Position numbers and translations under genes: made by a program. Positions 21,576-35,172 of a DNA stretch of 64,000 bases are shown here, piece by piece. Source of the stretch: the human T2T-CHM13v2.0 reference genome, Homo sapiens; assembly GCF_009914755.1 (NCBI RefSeq), contig NC_060947.1. One strand, given 5' to 3'. Numbering within the stretch: the stretch's first letter is position 1; each line of letters starts with the position of its first letter. A model generated the notes under the pieces. It saw only the letters and a program-made list of their open reading frames with translations. It was not told the DNA's origin and ran no database searches.

Positions 21576-22561
21576 TAGAAAGAATAGGTGAGGAGACTGT
21601 TTTGAAAAATATTAAAGAAAGAACTCCTTCTTTGATTGGGTATGATGGCAAGGGAGCAGTTTGGTTTGGGTGAGTGAATAGAATAAGAGTTGATTAAGAG
21701 GGAAGTAGAGATGCTAAGTCAGGGAGGCCTCAGGAAGGTGATATCTACTAAGAAGCTGGATGCAGGGCTCTGCTAGATCAGAGAAGCAGATGTGAAAATC
21801 AGGAACCTAGAGAACAGATGACGAAACCACAAGAACAGATGCCACTTCTCCAGGGGAGCTGGCAAACTGGCAGTCAAACAGCTACATGAGGTCTTCCGAT
21901 ATTTCTTCTTTGTCCAGCACAGTGTATAAAAGTGAAATGGAATTGAATCAATGATCAAAATATTTTAAAATGAGATATTTCATATACAAACCCATATCCC
22001 CTGTCCCTGTTGAAAAATGCAAAGATCTGGCTCTATTGGTTCTTTGTAGAAGTAAACAACACTGCTGTTTGTATGTAAACAAAGGGCTTGTCATACAAAT
22101 AAAGGTTCAATGTGCAAAGTGTTTAATATGAAAATAGTCTACTTCATTCAGTTTTATTTCCTGGTCCCTGTAGATATTTCAGTTTTCAGTTGTTCTACTA
22201 TAGTAAAATGAGCAGAGAGCCCAGGAAAATACCAAATAGAAAGCCCATAAAGGAGATTGACTAAAATGACCAAAGAGGTTAGAGAAAAACAAAAAGCAAG
22301 TGATTCAGCAGAATCCAAAACAGAAGAAAGTATCAAAGAAGGCTTGTTAACAACTTCAAATGTTACAAAAAGGTCAAGTAAGGTAAAGACTGACAACTGT
22401 GCTTTGTGTGCAGCATTGAGGGTATCCCTGGTGACCCTGGCAAAAGCAGCTTCATTGGAGCAGAGGGGGTAAGAGTTAGATTACAATGAGTTAAGAAGGA
22501 ACTGGGGAGTTAAGAAGTACAGACCAGGAGTGTATATTACTTGACACAGAAGCTTGGCTGA

Positions 22562-23315
22562 TGTTGACAAAAAGAGTGAAACTGTGTACAATATTTTAAG
22601 AGATTTATTCTGAGCCAACTATGAGTGACCATGGCCTGTGACACAGCCCTCAGGAGGTCCTGAGAACTTGTGCCCAAGGTGGTCAGGGTACAGCTTGGTT
22701 TTACATATTTTTAGGGAGGCATGAGACATCAATCAAATACATTTAAGAAATACATTGGTTTGGTTCAGAAAGGCAGGACAACTCAAAGTGGGGGCTTCCA
22801 GGCTATAGGTAAATTTAAACATTTTCTGGTTGACAATTGGTTGAGTTTATCTGACGACCGGGATCAATGGAAAGGAATGTTCAGGTTAAGATAAAGGATT
22901 GTGGAGACCAAGTTTTATTGTGTGGAGGAATCTCTCAGATACCAGACTTTAGAGAGAGTACGTTGTAAAATGTTTCTTATTAGACCTAAAAGGGCACCTG
23001 GCTCTTAGTTGATTATCTCCTGGATCTGGAAAGAAATGAAGGAAAACAATGGGGGAAGGGGATTCTCTATAGAATGTGGATTTTTCCCACAAGAGACTTT
23101 GCAGGGCAATTTCAAGGTATGGCAAGAAAATATATTTTGGGATAAAACATTTTCATTTTCTCCCTTGTTATGCCAGAGTCAGATTGGAAAGTAAGTCATG
23201 ATATACAAGGTTAAATAAAACCCATCTGATGAGAATTTATGGCTTGGAGGGCATGACTCCCCAGACCCCTTAGAAAGGAATTTGGGCAAGATGAAAAATC
23301 AGAGTTTAGTCCTCA
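22562..23315 (-). mobile_element. ERV1 solo LTR (MER4 group)
   Basis: TG...CA termini and a 4-bp TSD ctga/ccga. MER4-type motifs include gagatttattctgagccaa and tcaggaggtcctgagaac. Confidence 0.8.
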
Positions 23316-26043
23316 CCGAGTAAAGTATCTCATTAGGCAATCTTGTTTAAGTTCCTGGCTGTAACTATCATCTATATGGTCAATGATCACCAATTTTTTA
23401 GTTCAAGCCCTGAACTCATCACTGAGTTTCAGACCTATGTATTCAATTGCCTGCTTAATATTGTGCCCTGATTTCTTCAAAGCTACCCAAATTCGACATA
23501 TCCAAATTCCAACTTATTGCCTCCCTCAAACTTAGTCTTCTTGTGTTTCTCAAATCAGTAAATGCATGACCATCATTTGGTTGTATGGGCCAGAAACATG
23601 GAAGTCACCTTTTTGTCTCCCTATCCCTAATCCTCATATCCAATTCATGAATTGTACTTCCCAAATCTCTTGAATATGCTTACTTCTAGGAATATCTACT
23701 GCTACTCCCTAGTCCAAGCATGAGCATCATCTCTTGCCTGGACGACAGCCATAGCCGGCTAACTGATTTCCACATCTCTGCCCATTTTATATCACTGTAA
23801 TCTAATCTCCATCCTTTTTTATTTCAAAATACAAATCTCAATATGCACCTCATGTTTAAAATCTTTCAATATAGTCCCATTACTTTTAAGATAAATTTAG
23901 ACCCTAATTTTTAAAAGATCCTTTAAAGCCATGAATGATATGGCCCTTACATACCTCTCCCTCCCTCTCTACACTCAATACTCCCCCTATACTGATTCAT
24001 GTAGTTTGTTGAAGGGGCCTTCTTCCCTCCTGCCTCAAGTCTTTGCGTATTCATTTCCCTCTGTCTGGAACCCAACTCCTACTTAGTTGATTCCAACTTA
24101 CAGTTCAAACCTCAGTTTAAACCAAAATGGGTGACGTCTTCCTATTAAATGCCTTCATAGCACGTTATACCTTTCCTTCAGAGTACTTATTAGAGTTTAT
24201 TACATTTGTATGATTATTTGTCTTCTGACTGTCCCCTTTACTAGGCTATAAGTTCTTTAAGGTCAGAGACCATATCTATACACAACTGTTTGCCTAGTGC
24301 TTAACATCACACTGGGCATAGAATAAGCAGTCAAGATATTTTTACTGAATCATTTACTGATTTAAAGATGTATGTGGCTGGAGCATAATTACATACTCGG
24401 AAAAAGAGCCAGTTGAATGAGAGAGGATAAAAATAGGGGAGAGAGAAGGGATGATTTTTAGAGGACTTCTCTGGAAAGGTTAGAGATAAGGGGTGATTTA
24501 GTTACCTAGAACAGAGTGTGGAGACCTGTCCTGGAACACAGCTATCTTTGAGAATTCTATAGGGTATTTACTGGCTGGTATATATTACAGAACCATGGAT
24601 GAGAGTCTCGAGAACAAATATCACTTACTGGGGGTGCCGCCCACTCGCACTTTCAGGCTTGACCCTCTCATCTTTGAAAAGGGCCACCCTGCCTATTATA
24701 GGATGAGCTGGGAATAATGCAATGTGGGGAAGGCCTTACAAATCTAAGAAAATGTTGAGACTCCTTTGAAGGAAGCTAGAGATACAGAATCACTTATTCC
24801 CACTATTCTCATCACAACAAGTCTTCTTAAAGTATTTGTAACAGATTGCTCTCTGTCTTTACTAAATTACCAAGCCATCCAAAGAAGGCCAAAGCTCCTG
24901 GGAGTAGGGGGCAGGAGAAGAAGATGCCCCAGTACCAGGGGCCTTATAAGTCAGAGACACTGAGATTTAAAAAATACAAGCTGGGACCATGGCTATTACT
25001 TAATGGAGAAAGTGGTGCACCTTGGTTTCCTCATCTGCAAAACGAGTCAAGTACCACCTAGTACACTCGGTTAATGGGAGAAAAAAACAATGACACTATC
25101 AGTGTAAACAACTAGCCGTAGCCTAGTACAGAATAAACCCTCCAATAACAGTTCTTTTCTTTATCAGCAGATGCAGGAGAAATATTCCTGGAAAGAACAT
25201 TCAAGTTTATGGAAAGCTCTAAGATGATGCTACAGTAGCAAAATATTTAACAGTAATATCTGAAACCCAATCTATTTTAGATTAATGAGATTTCCCAGAA
25301 CTTATGTATCAATCTTAATGGCTCAAGAACACAATCATTGAAAAGAAGAGGCTTTTGCACATAAAGTATGATACATACTATGAGACATAAAGAGTGGTAA
25401 GAAATCAATGTGTTTAAAAAATATATATGTCTTAAGCACCTTTTGCATAATATAAATTTATGCCAATAAACTGAACAATATATTCATTAATATTGCACAT
25501 TCCCAAATTTTGTTGGTGAGCTAACTTTTTTCCATACTGCTGACAGTTCATTTAGCTCCAATATTATTACAGTTGTATTTTCTTGGTTTTTATTTCCATT
25601 ACCTGGATTAAGACATGATATGTAGCACATCACACACATATACCATTTTTGCCCAAATGCAATTTGACATTTCAAAATGGTTATTATCCTCTAAAACATG
25701 TTAGCCACCCTGAATAGTCCCAGCTCCTGATTCTACTAGTGAATCCATCACAACATCACTCTATCTGTGAAGAGCAAAACGTATTCAATTATTTCAAGTG
25801 CATGTTTTTTGAACATAATCTTTTTAGCCTTTTTTCAGTAACAATTCTATTATTTTTATGCTTCTCTTGCTTAAACTCTCAGATTTAAAAAACAGTCTTT
25901 GCACATTCTTGGCCAGAAATCCTCTTCACATGTTTTTTCTTAAGCAATTCTATCCAAACTCCTGGAACTGAGACCACGTTAACTCCGCTCAACACCCAGA
26001 GAAATTTCACCAGCTATGAAAAGCAAACTCCCAATTCAAATCA

Positions 26044-26166
<123 letters not shown>

Positions 26167-26289
26167 TTAATCATCAAAAAAATCTTACATTTTCCCTCTT
26201 TTAAAAGAAAAACAAAGTATATTACCCTAAGTAGTTTTTAAGAGATCAAAACTTTAGAAGAAGCAAATCTTTGATATTTCAAAAACATG

Positions 26290-28165
26290 ACTGCATTCTG
26301 GTCTGCCATATAAGAAATAAGAAAGTAATCTATCCAATTCACACAACAAGAAAAAACTGAACAAACAAAATCAACTCTTCTTAGATTCATCAGATAACTG
26401 GGGTCATAGGGTAAATGGCTGTCCCCAGAAGTGAGGAGATAGATAGAGAGAACCAAATCTTACAGTAACAGAAGGCCAGGAGTAGAAAACTCCTTGCGAA
26501 CCAGCACTGGGATAGGATAACCTAATCTGTAATTTACAAATTGCTGGAGGCTTAATATGCTCGGATTTGAGAGGTAAAAACTCCAATAGGGCCCAGTCCA
26601 AAAGGGGCTCCCAAACTTTTGTGAGTTTTACCTACAAGAGTCCTATCAAGTTTTGATGGTGAAAAATCCCCTCATGCTTCCAGCAGGGGGGAAAGATAAG
26701 TAGTCATTTAAAAATATTCACAGACCCTTCTCTTCTTCTTAACAAGGTCTTCCCTCAAGAGAAACTATTTTTACCAGATCAAAACCTCCTGGAGTTTTAT
26801 CAGAACCTAAGCGAACGAGGTGAAGGGAAATACCGAATTCCAGACCCAATTTGCCTTCCCATCTCTCCCAAGAGGGGGAAAAAAAATTCCTGAGAAGAAC
26901 TTAAGTAAGTCACAGGCCAGGGGCACAGCTCACTAAAAGACAGAGACATAATCTTATAGAAGACCTCCCCACCCATGACACCTTACCACCGTATCAACTG
27001 GGCTCATATGTAACCACGGAAATATGACTAAAAGAACTGTGCTTCTCAGATGATATTTAAGTCTTTAGGCCAAACCAAAAATAACAGAGGAGGCAAAAAC
27101 AAGAACATCAGAGTAATGTTTAGCCTCTATCAGTCGCATTTCTACAGACTAACAATGAACTATTTGAAAAAAATTTCAAAAACAATCCCATTTACAATAG
27201 TATTAAATAAAGAAAAAACTTAGGAATAAATTTAGTCAAGGAAGTGAATAACTGCTATACTAAAAACTATAAAACACTGATAAAACAAACTGAAGACACA
27301 AATAAATGAAAAAATAGTCCATGTTCATGGATTAGGAGAACTAATCTTGTTAAAATGTCCATACTTCCCAAAGCTTTCTCTGGGTTCAATGCAATTCCTA
27401 TCAAAATTCCAATGTCATTTTTCACAGAAATAGAAGATAATCATAAAATTCATATGAAATGACAAAAGACCCTGAATAGTCAAAGCAATCTTTAGCAAAA
27501 GGAAAAAACATGAAGGTATCACATTCTCTGACTTCAAAATATATTATGAAGTTATTATAATCACATATAAACAGCATGGTACTGGCATAAAAACAGACCA
27601 ATCAACCAATAGTACAGAACAGAAAGTCCAGACGTAAACCCAAGTACTTAGAGTTAATTGATTTTTTGACAAAGGTGTCAAGAACACTCAACAGGGAAAG
27701 GATACTCTATTCAGTAAATGGTGCTGGAAAAACTGGATATCCTCATACGGAAGGAAATTGGACTCTATCTTACACTGTATACAAAAATCAACACAAAATG
27801 AATAAAGACTTAAATGTAAGACCAGAAACCATAAAACTACTAGAAGAAAACATAGGTGAAAAGCTCCATGACATTTGTCTGGGCAATGATTTCTTGGATC
27901 AGACTCTAAAGACACAAGCAACAAATGCTAACGTAGACAAATGGAATTGCACCAAACTAAAAAGCTTCTGCAAAGAAATGGAAACAATTAACACAGTGAG
28001 GGGACAACCCACGGATTGGGTAAAAACATTGGCAAACCATAAATCTGATAAGGGGCTGATATCCAAAATATAGAAGTAACTCAAACAACTAAATAACAAG
28101 AAAACAAATAACCCAAGTAAAAAATGGGTAAGAAAATATGAGCAAACATTTCTCCAAAAAAAGAG
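26290..28165 (+). mobile_element. Old L1M fragments: a 5'-UTR-like piece (about 26290-27125) followed by a 3' ORF2 piece (about 27138-28165)
   Basis: ORF 27666..28073 resembles L1 ORF2 (DLNVRPETIKLLEENIGEKLHDI). The assignment of the 5' piece is from recall. Confidence 0.7.
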
Positions 28166-31100
28166 ACACTGGAATGTGTGTACTTCAGAAAGAGAGAGTG
28201 CAGCAATTGTGAGACACTGCATTGAACTCCGTGCTACCCTGTCACATGGAAGAAAGCAAAATCAGGCTGAACTCAGCTAAGGACAACCCACACAGGGAGC
28301 ATTTAAACCAGCCCTAGCTAGAGGGGAATCACACATCCTAGTTCTAAGCCTTGACACTGCAGGCTAAAGTGCTCTGGATCCCTAAATAAACTTGAAGGGC
28401 ACTCTAAGCCACAAGGACTGCAACTCTTATATTAGTCCTAGTGTTGAACTGGGCTCAGAGCCAGTGAATTTGGGAGGCATGCAACCTACTGAGACACCAG
28501 CCATGGTGGCTATGGGAGTCCTTGCACCACCCCACACAGCACAGCTCAAGGCTCCAAAAGATACCCCTTCCTTCTGCTTGAGGAAAAGAGGGGGCAAGAG
28601 TAAAGAGGACTTTGTCTTGCATCTTGTATATTAGCTCAGCCACAGTAGCCTAGAGCACTCATCAGAGTCCTAAGGCCCCTTTTCCAGACTCTAGCTCCCA
28701 GACATTTCTACACACACCTGGGGCCAAAAGGGAACCCACTGCCTTGAATGGAAGAACCCAGTCCTGGCAGGACCCATCACATGCTGACTAAAGAACCTTT
28801 GGACCCTAAATAACCAGAAGCAAAACCCAGATAGTACTCATTGGGCCTTAGACGAAACTTTGTGGGCTTCAGGTATGACTCAACACGTTCCCAGCTGTGG
28901 TAGCTGTGGGGAGAGACTCCTTCTGCTTCAGAAAAGTAGAGGGAAAAGTAAAAGTGGACTTTAAAAGTAAAAGGAGAAAGTAAGGAAAGAAAACAAGAGT
29001 CTCTGCCTAGTAATCCAGAGAAGTCTTCCAGATCTTATTCAACACCATCAAGGTGGTACCGCTACAAATCTGCAAGAACCACAGAATTACTGGGTATGGG
29101 ATGCTCTCTAATGCAGATATGGATTGGATGAAAACACTCAAGTCCTTTCAAATATCTGGAAAGCCTTCCCAAGAAGGACAAGTACAAACAAGCCCAGACT
29201 AAAAAGACTACACTACTTAACTCTTAGATGCCCAGAAACAGATGAACATTCACAAGCATCAGGACCATTCAAGAAAATATGACCTTCCAAAATGAACTAA
29301 ATAAGGCATCAGAGACTAATCTTGGAGAAACAGAGGTATGTGACATATAAGACAGAGAAATCAAAATAGCTATTTTGAGAAAACTCAAATAAATTCAATA
29401 TAATATAGAAAAGGAATTCAGAATTCTATCACATACATTTAACAAAGACATTGAAATAATTTTAAAAATCAAGCAGAAATTCTGGAGTTAAAAAATGTAA
29501 GTGACATGCAGAAGAATGCATCAGAGTCTTATAATAACATAATTGATCAAGCAGAAGAATTGATGAGCTTGAAGACAGGCTATTCGAAAATACACATTTA
29601 GAGGAGACAAAAGAGAAAAGAATGAAAAACAACGAAGCATGACTACAGGATCTATAAAATAGTCTCAAAAGGGCATATATAAGAGTTACTGGCCTTAAAG
29701 AGGAGGTAGAGAAAGAGACAGGGGTAGCAAGCTTATTCAGTGGGATAGTATCAGCGATATCAACTTTGAAGTACAAGACGGTTATAGAACACCAGAGACA
29801 TTTAACCCAAACAAGAATATCTAAAGGCATTTAATAATCAGATTCCTCAAGATCAAGGATAAAAAAAGGATCCTAAAAGCAGCAAGGGGAAAAGAGACAA
29901 GTAACATAAAAAGGAGCTCGAATATGTCTGACAGCAGACTTTTCAGTGGAAACCTTACAGGCCAAGAGAGAGTGGCATGACATAAAGTGCTGAAGAAGAA
30001 AAACTCTTACCCTAGAATAGTATATCTGGTGAAAATGTCCTTCAAACATGAAGGAAAAATAAAGACTTTCCAAGACAAACAAAAGCTGAGAGATTTCATC
30101 AATAGCAGATCTATCTTACAAGAGACGCTAAAGAGAGTACTTCATTCAGAAAGAGAAGAACAGTAATGAGCACTAAGAAATCATCTGAAGATATAAAACT
30201 CACTGGTAATAGTAAGTACACAGAAAAACACAGAATATTATAACACCGTAACTGTAATGTGTAAACCACTCTTAAGTAGAAAGACTAAACAATGAATCAA
30301 TCAAAAATAATAACTCCAACAACTTTAAAGACATAGAGAGTACAACAAGACATAAATGGAAACAACAAAAAACTGAAAAGTGGGCAGAAAAAATTATGGT
30401 GTAAAGTTTTTATTAGTTTCCTTTTTTCCTTGTTTGTTTGTTTATGCTATCAGTTATAAGTTGTCATCAGTTTACAATAATGGGTTATAAGAGAGAATTT
30501 GCAAACCTCTTAATAACCTCAAATCAAAAAAGATACAATGGATACACAAAAAATAAAAAGGAAGAAATTAAAATCATACCACTAGAGAAAATCTACTTCA
30601 CTAAAAAGACAGGAAGAAAAGAAGGAAGACAAGACCACAAAACAATCAGAAAACAAATAATAAAATGGGACGGAGTAAATCATTACTTATCAATAATAAC
30701 ATTGAATATAAATAGACAAAACTCTCTAATCAAAAGACATACAGTAGCTGAATGGATAAAAAAAAAATAGATCAAATGACTCTTGCCTACAAAAAACACA
30801 TTTATCCTGTAAAGACACACATAGACTGAAAATAAAAGGGTGGAAAAAAGATACTCCATGCCAATGGAAACCAAAAAAGAACAGAGTAGCTATACCTATA
30901 TTAGAAAAAATAGACTTCAAGACAAAAACTGTAAGAGACAAAGAAGATCATCTGTCTTGTAGGACAGATCTCGTATTGATGAAATCCCTCAGCTTTTGTT
31001 TGTCAGGAAAGTCTTTATTTCTCTTTCATGTTTGAAGGACATTTCCACTAGACATACTATTCTAGAATAAAAGTTTTTTTTTTCCCTTCACTACTTTAAA

Positions 31101-31467
31101 TCTTCAGAAGATCATTATGACCCCATAACGATAAAGGGGTCAATTTAGCAAGAGGAAATAACAATTTTAAATATAATACACCCAATGCTGGAGCACCCAA
31201 ACATATAAATATTATTAGAGCTAAAAGGAGAGGTAGATTTCAATAGGATAATAGCTAAACACTTCAACACCCCTACTTTCAGCATTAAACAGATCTCCCA
31301 GACAGAAAATCAACAAAGAAGCATTCGACTTAATCTGCACTATGGACCAAATGGATCTAGTAGATATTTACAGAACATTTCATCCAATGGCTACAGAATA
31401 CACATTCTTCACCTCAGCACATGGATCATTCTCAAGGACAGACCATATGTTAGGTCACAAAACAAGT

Positions 31468-31752
31468 CTTTTTTTTTTTGAGACAAGGTCTCACTCCACC
31501 ACCCAGGCTGGAATGCAGTGGCTCACTGCAGTCTCAGCCTCATAGGTTCAAGCAGCCCTCCCATCTCAGCCCCCACTAGTAGCTGGAACTACAAGCGTGT
31601 GCCACCACACCTGGATAACTTTTTGTACTTTTAGTAGAGACAGGGTTTCACTATGTTACCCAGGCTGGTCTTGAACTCCTGGACTCAAGCGATCTGCCCA
31701 CTTCGGCCTCCCAAAGTGCTAGGATTACAGGCGTGAGCAACTGCACCCACCC
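31468..31752 (-). mobile_element. Alu (AluJ-like) inserted in L1 ORF2
   Basis: Antisense Alu with TSD aaa(a/g)caagtctt. Confidence 0.92.
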
Positions 31753-32733
31753 ATAAAGCAAGTCTTAAAACATTCAAAAAAACTGAAATAATATCAAGTA
31801 TCTTCTCTGACCACAATGGAAAAAAAAGCTAGAAATCAATAAGAAGAGGAATTTTGAAAACTATACAAACACATGGAAATTAATATCCTCCTGAATGATC
31901 AGTGGGCCAATGGTAAAATTAAGAAGAAAACTGAACATTTTCTTAAAGCAAATGATAATGGAAATGTAATATACTAAAACGTATGGGATACAGTAAAAGC
32001 AGTACTAAGATGGAAGGTTATAGCTATAATGCCTACATCAAAAAGAAAAACTTCAAATAAATAACCTAATGATGTATCTTAAAGAACTAGAAAAGCAAGA
32101 GCAAACCAAATCCAAAATTAGTAGAAGAAATAATTAAGATCAGAGCAGAAATAAAATGAATTTGACATGATAATAATACAAAAAGATCAATAAAACAAAA
32201 AGTTGGTTTTCTGAAAAGATACATAAAATTGACAAACCTTTAGCCAGATTAAGATAAAAAGAGAGAATATCCCAATAAATAAAATCAGAGATGAGAAAGG
32301 AGACATTACAACTGATACTGCAGAAATTCAAAGGGTAATTAGTGGCTACTATGAGGAACTATATGCCAATAAATTGGAAAACTAGAAGAAATTGATAAAT
32401 TCCTAGACACACACAACCTACCAAGATTGAACCAGGAATAAATCCAAAACCTGAACCGACCAATAACAAGGAACAAGATCAAAGGCATAATAAAAAGTCT
32501 AACAGCAAAGAAAAGTCTGGGACCCAATAGCTTTACTGCTGAATTCTACCAAACATTTAAAGAAGAGCTAATACTAAACCTATTCAAACTATTCTGAAAA
32601 AATAGAGGGGGGAGGGAGTACTTCCAAACTCACTCTACGAGGCCAATATTACCCTGATACCAAAACCAGACCAAAACACATCAAAAAAACAAACTAACAA
32701 ACAAACAAAAAGCTATTGGCCATAACCACTGAT

Positions 32734-32735
<2 letters not shown>

Positions 32736-32778
<43 letters not shown>

Positions 32779-32801
32779 CACACACACACACACACATATA
32801 T
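32736..32801. repeat. (TA)n(CA)n microsatellite inside the L1
   Basis: About 20 perfect TA units followed by CA units. Confidence 0.95.
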
Positions 32802-33220
32802 ACCCTCAACAAAATACTAGCAAGCCAAATTCAACAAATTTTAAAAATCCTTCATCATGACCAAGTGGGATTTATCTCAGGGATGCAAGGATGGTTCAAC
32901 ATACACAAATAAATCAATACAGTACATCATACCAATAAAACGAAGGACAAAAACCATACTATAATTTCAATTGTTACTGAAAAAGCATTTGACAAAATTC
33001 AATATCCCTTCAGGATAAAAACCCTCAAAAATCTGGGTATAGAAAAAGCATGGCCCTGCCCAAGGCCTGTTCCATTCTCAGTGAAAATAAACACCAATTT
33101 AGCCATGTGTCTGTTTAGGATCCCTAATATTCACAAGACACTGTCAACTCCAATTTCAGCTTGATTGTATAGCATATTGGTCTACATTTATCTGACTAGA
33201 TGGTGATTTGTACATTATAA

Positions 33221-33562
<342 letters not shown>

Positions 33563-34869
33563 TAGTCTGTAATTCTTACATACATCTTTGTGACAAGACA
33601 GTATTCATAGAGGATTGCCTGAAGAACATGCAGTCCATCTTTTCCTCTAGGTTGGTCACTGTGAACCACTCTTTTCCACCCAAACACCCTACCTTCTGAA
33701 TCCGTGGCTCACCACAGCAGTGATTATTAGAAGAATTTTAAACTTTTTTACTCATTTGTATCTGGAATTTTTATGCAAGAACTCACACTGATATCTTACA
33801 AACTCAAATTTGACTCTTGCTTGTCTATAAACCAACCAAAAGAACAAACTAAAAAGGTTCTTAGGTCTGTAGATCTCATGAAGATAGAGAGTAGACTGGT
33901 GAGTATCAGAGGACAGGAAGGGTAGGAGGAGGGAAGATGAAGAAGAAAAAAAGTTTCCTCCATAAAAAGAGTTATTAGGTTTAGGAAAAGTCAATGTAGT
34001 TTAATAGAAGGAAAACTCTCTGAAGAATCAGAATACAGGAATCCCTCTGGAAAAAAGCATTTACAGTGAGAAACACAAGGTTTTAGAACGTGGCTGATAT
34101 AAGGTGACAATGTGATTAAAAGGTGGTTGCAATGAAATGCAAATGATAATGAAGGACAAAAATTATTCATAGCCTAATAATAAAAGAATACTTCTTATTT
34201 TTTTCTTTTTTTTAAAAAAGAATACTTCTTTAAGCTAATAAAGATCTACTGTGATGTGCTGGCAAATAATGAACAGGTTGACAGAGAAGGTGGGGAGCGC
34301 TGATTTTAGCATTTGTCAATTTCCATGTGAATCAACCATGGCTGATTTGAAGTGATCAACATAATGTCAATGAATGTGAAGTTGGGAAAATATGTGTACA
34401 GTTACACCTTTTGAGCAGGTACCAGCTGCCTCCAACACACCACTGAGTCAATCTCAAATGATCAGCTCATATCACCATTAATGGTGCAATACTAGAAGCT
34501 TATGATCAGAAGCCAGAAAAGGATGTCTGCTATCACTAGTACTACTTATCATTTGGTCAGAGTGTCTAGAACAATGATTCTCAAACACAGCTTCTAGAAA
34601 CATCTGAGAAGCTTTTAAAAATGACAATACCCACATTCCCCCTACATCAGGTAAACCAGAATCTCTGATTCAGGTGAGTCCTGATACTTTTTAAAAAACT
34701 CTTCACCGAGTTTAATGAACAGCAAAGGTGGTGAGGAACTGGGTTCTCAATGTAATTTTAAAAAGAAACAAAAACAGAAAAGTTAAACCTATTGGAAAGG
34801 AGATAGAATAATCATTATTTACCTATCATATAACTGTCTAACTGAAAAATGCAAGAGAAATTACTGATA

Positions 34870-35172
<303 letters not shown>

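Larger units (their letters stand above)
28165..33045 (+). mobile_element. L1MA/L1M1-like element: 5' UTR, ORF1, inter-ORF region and 5' half of ORF2, 3'-truncated and degenerate
   Basis: ORF1 motifs (gcagacttttcagtggaaacctta), endonuclease motifs ('DLVDIYRTFHP...YTFF.SAHG.FSR.DH.LGHK') and the start of RT (gaccaagtgggatttatc). Confidence 0.88.
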
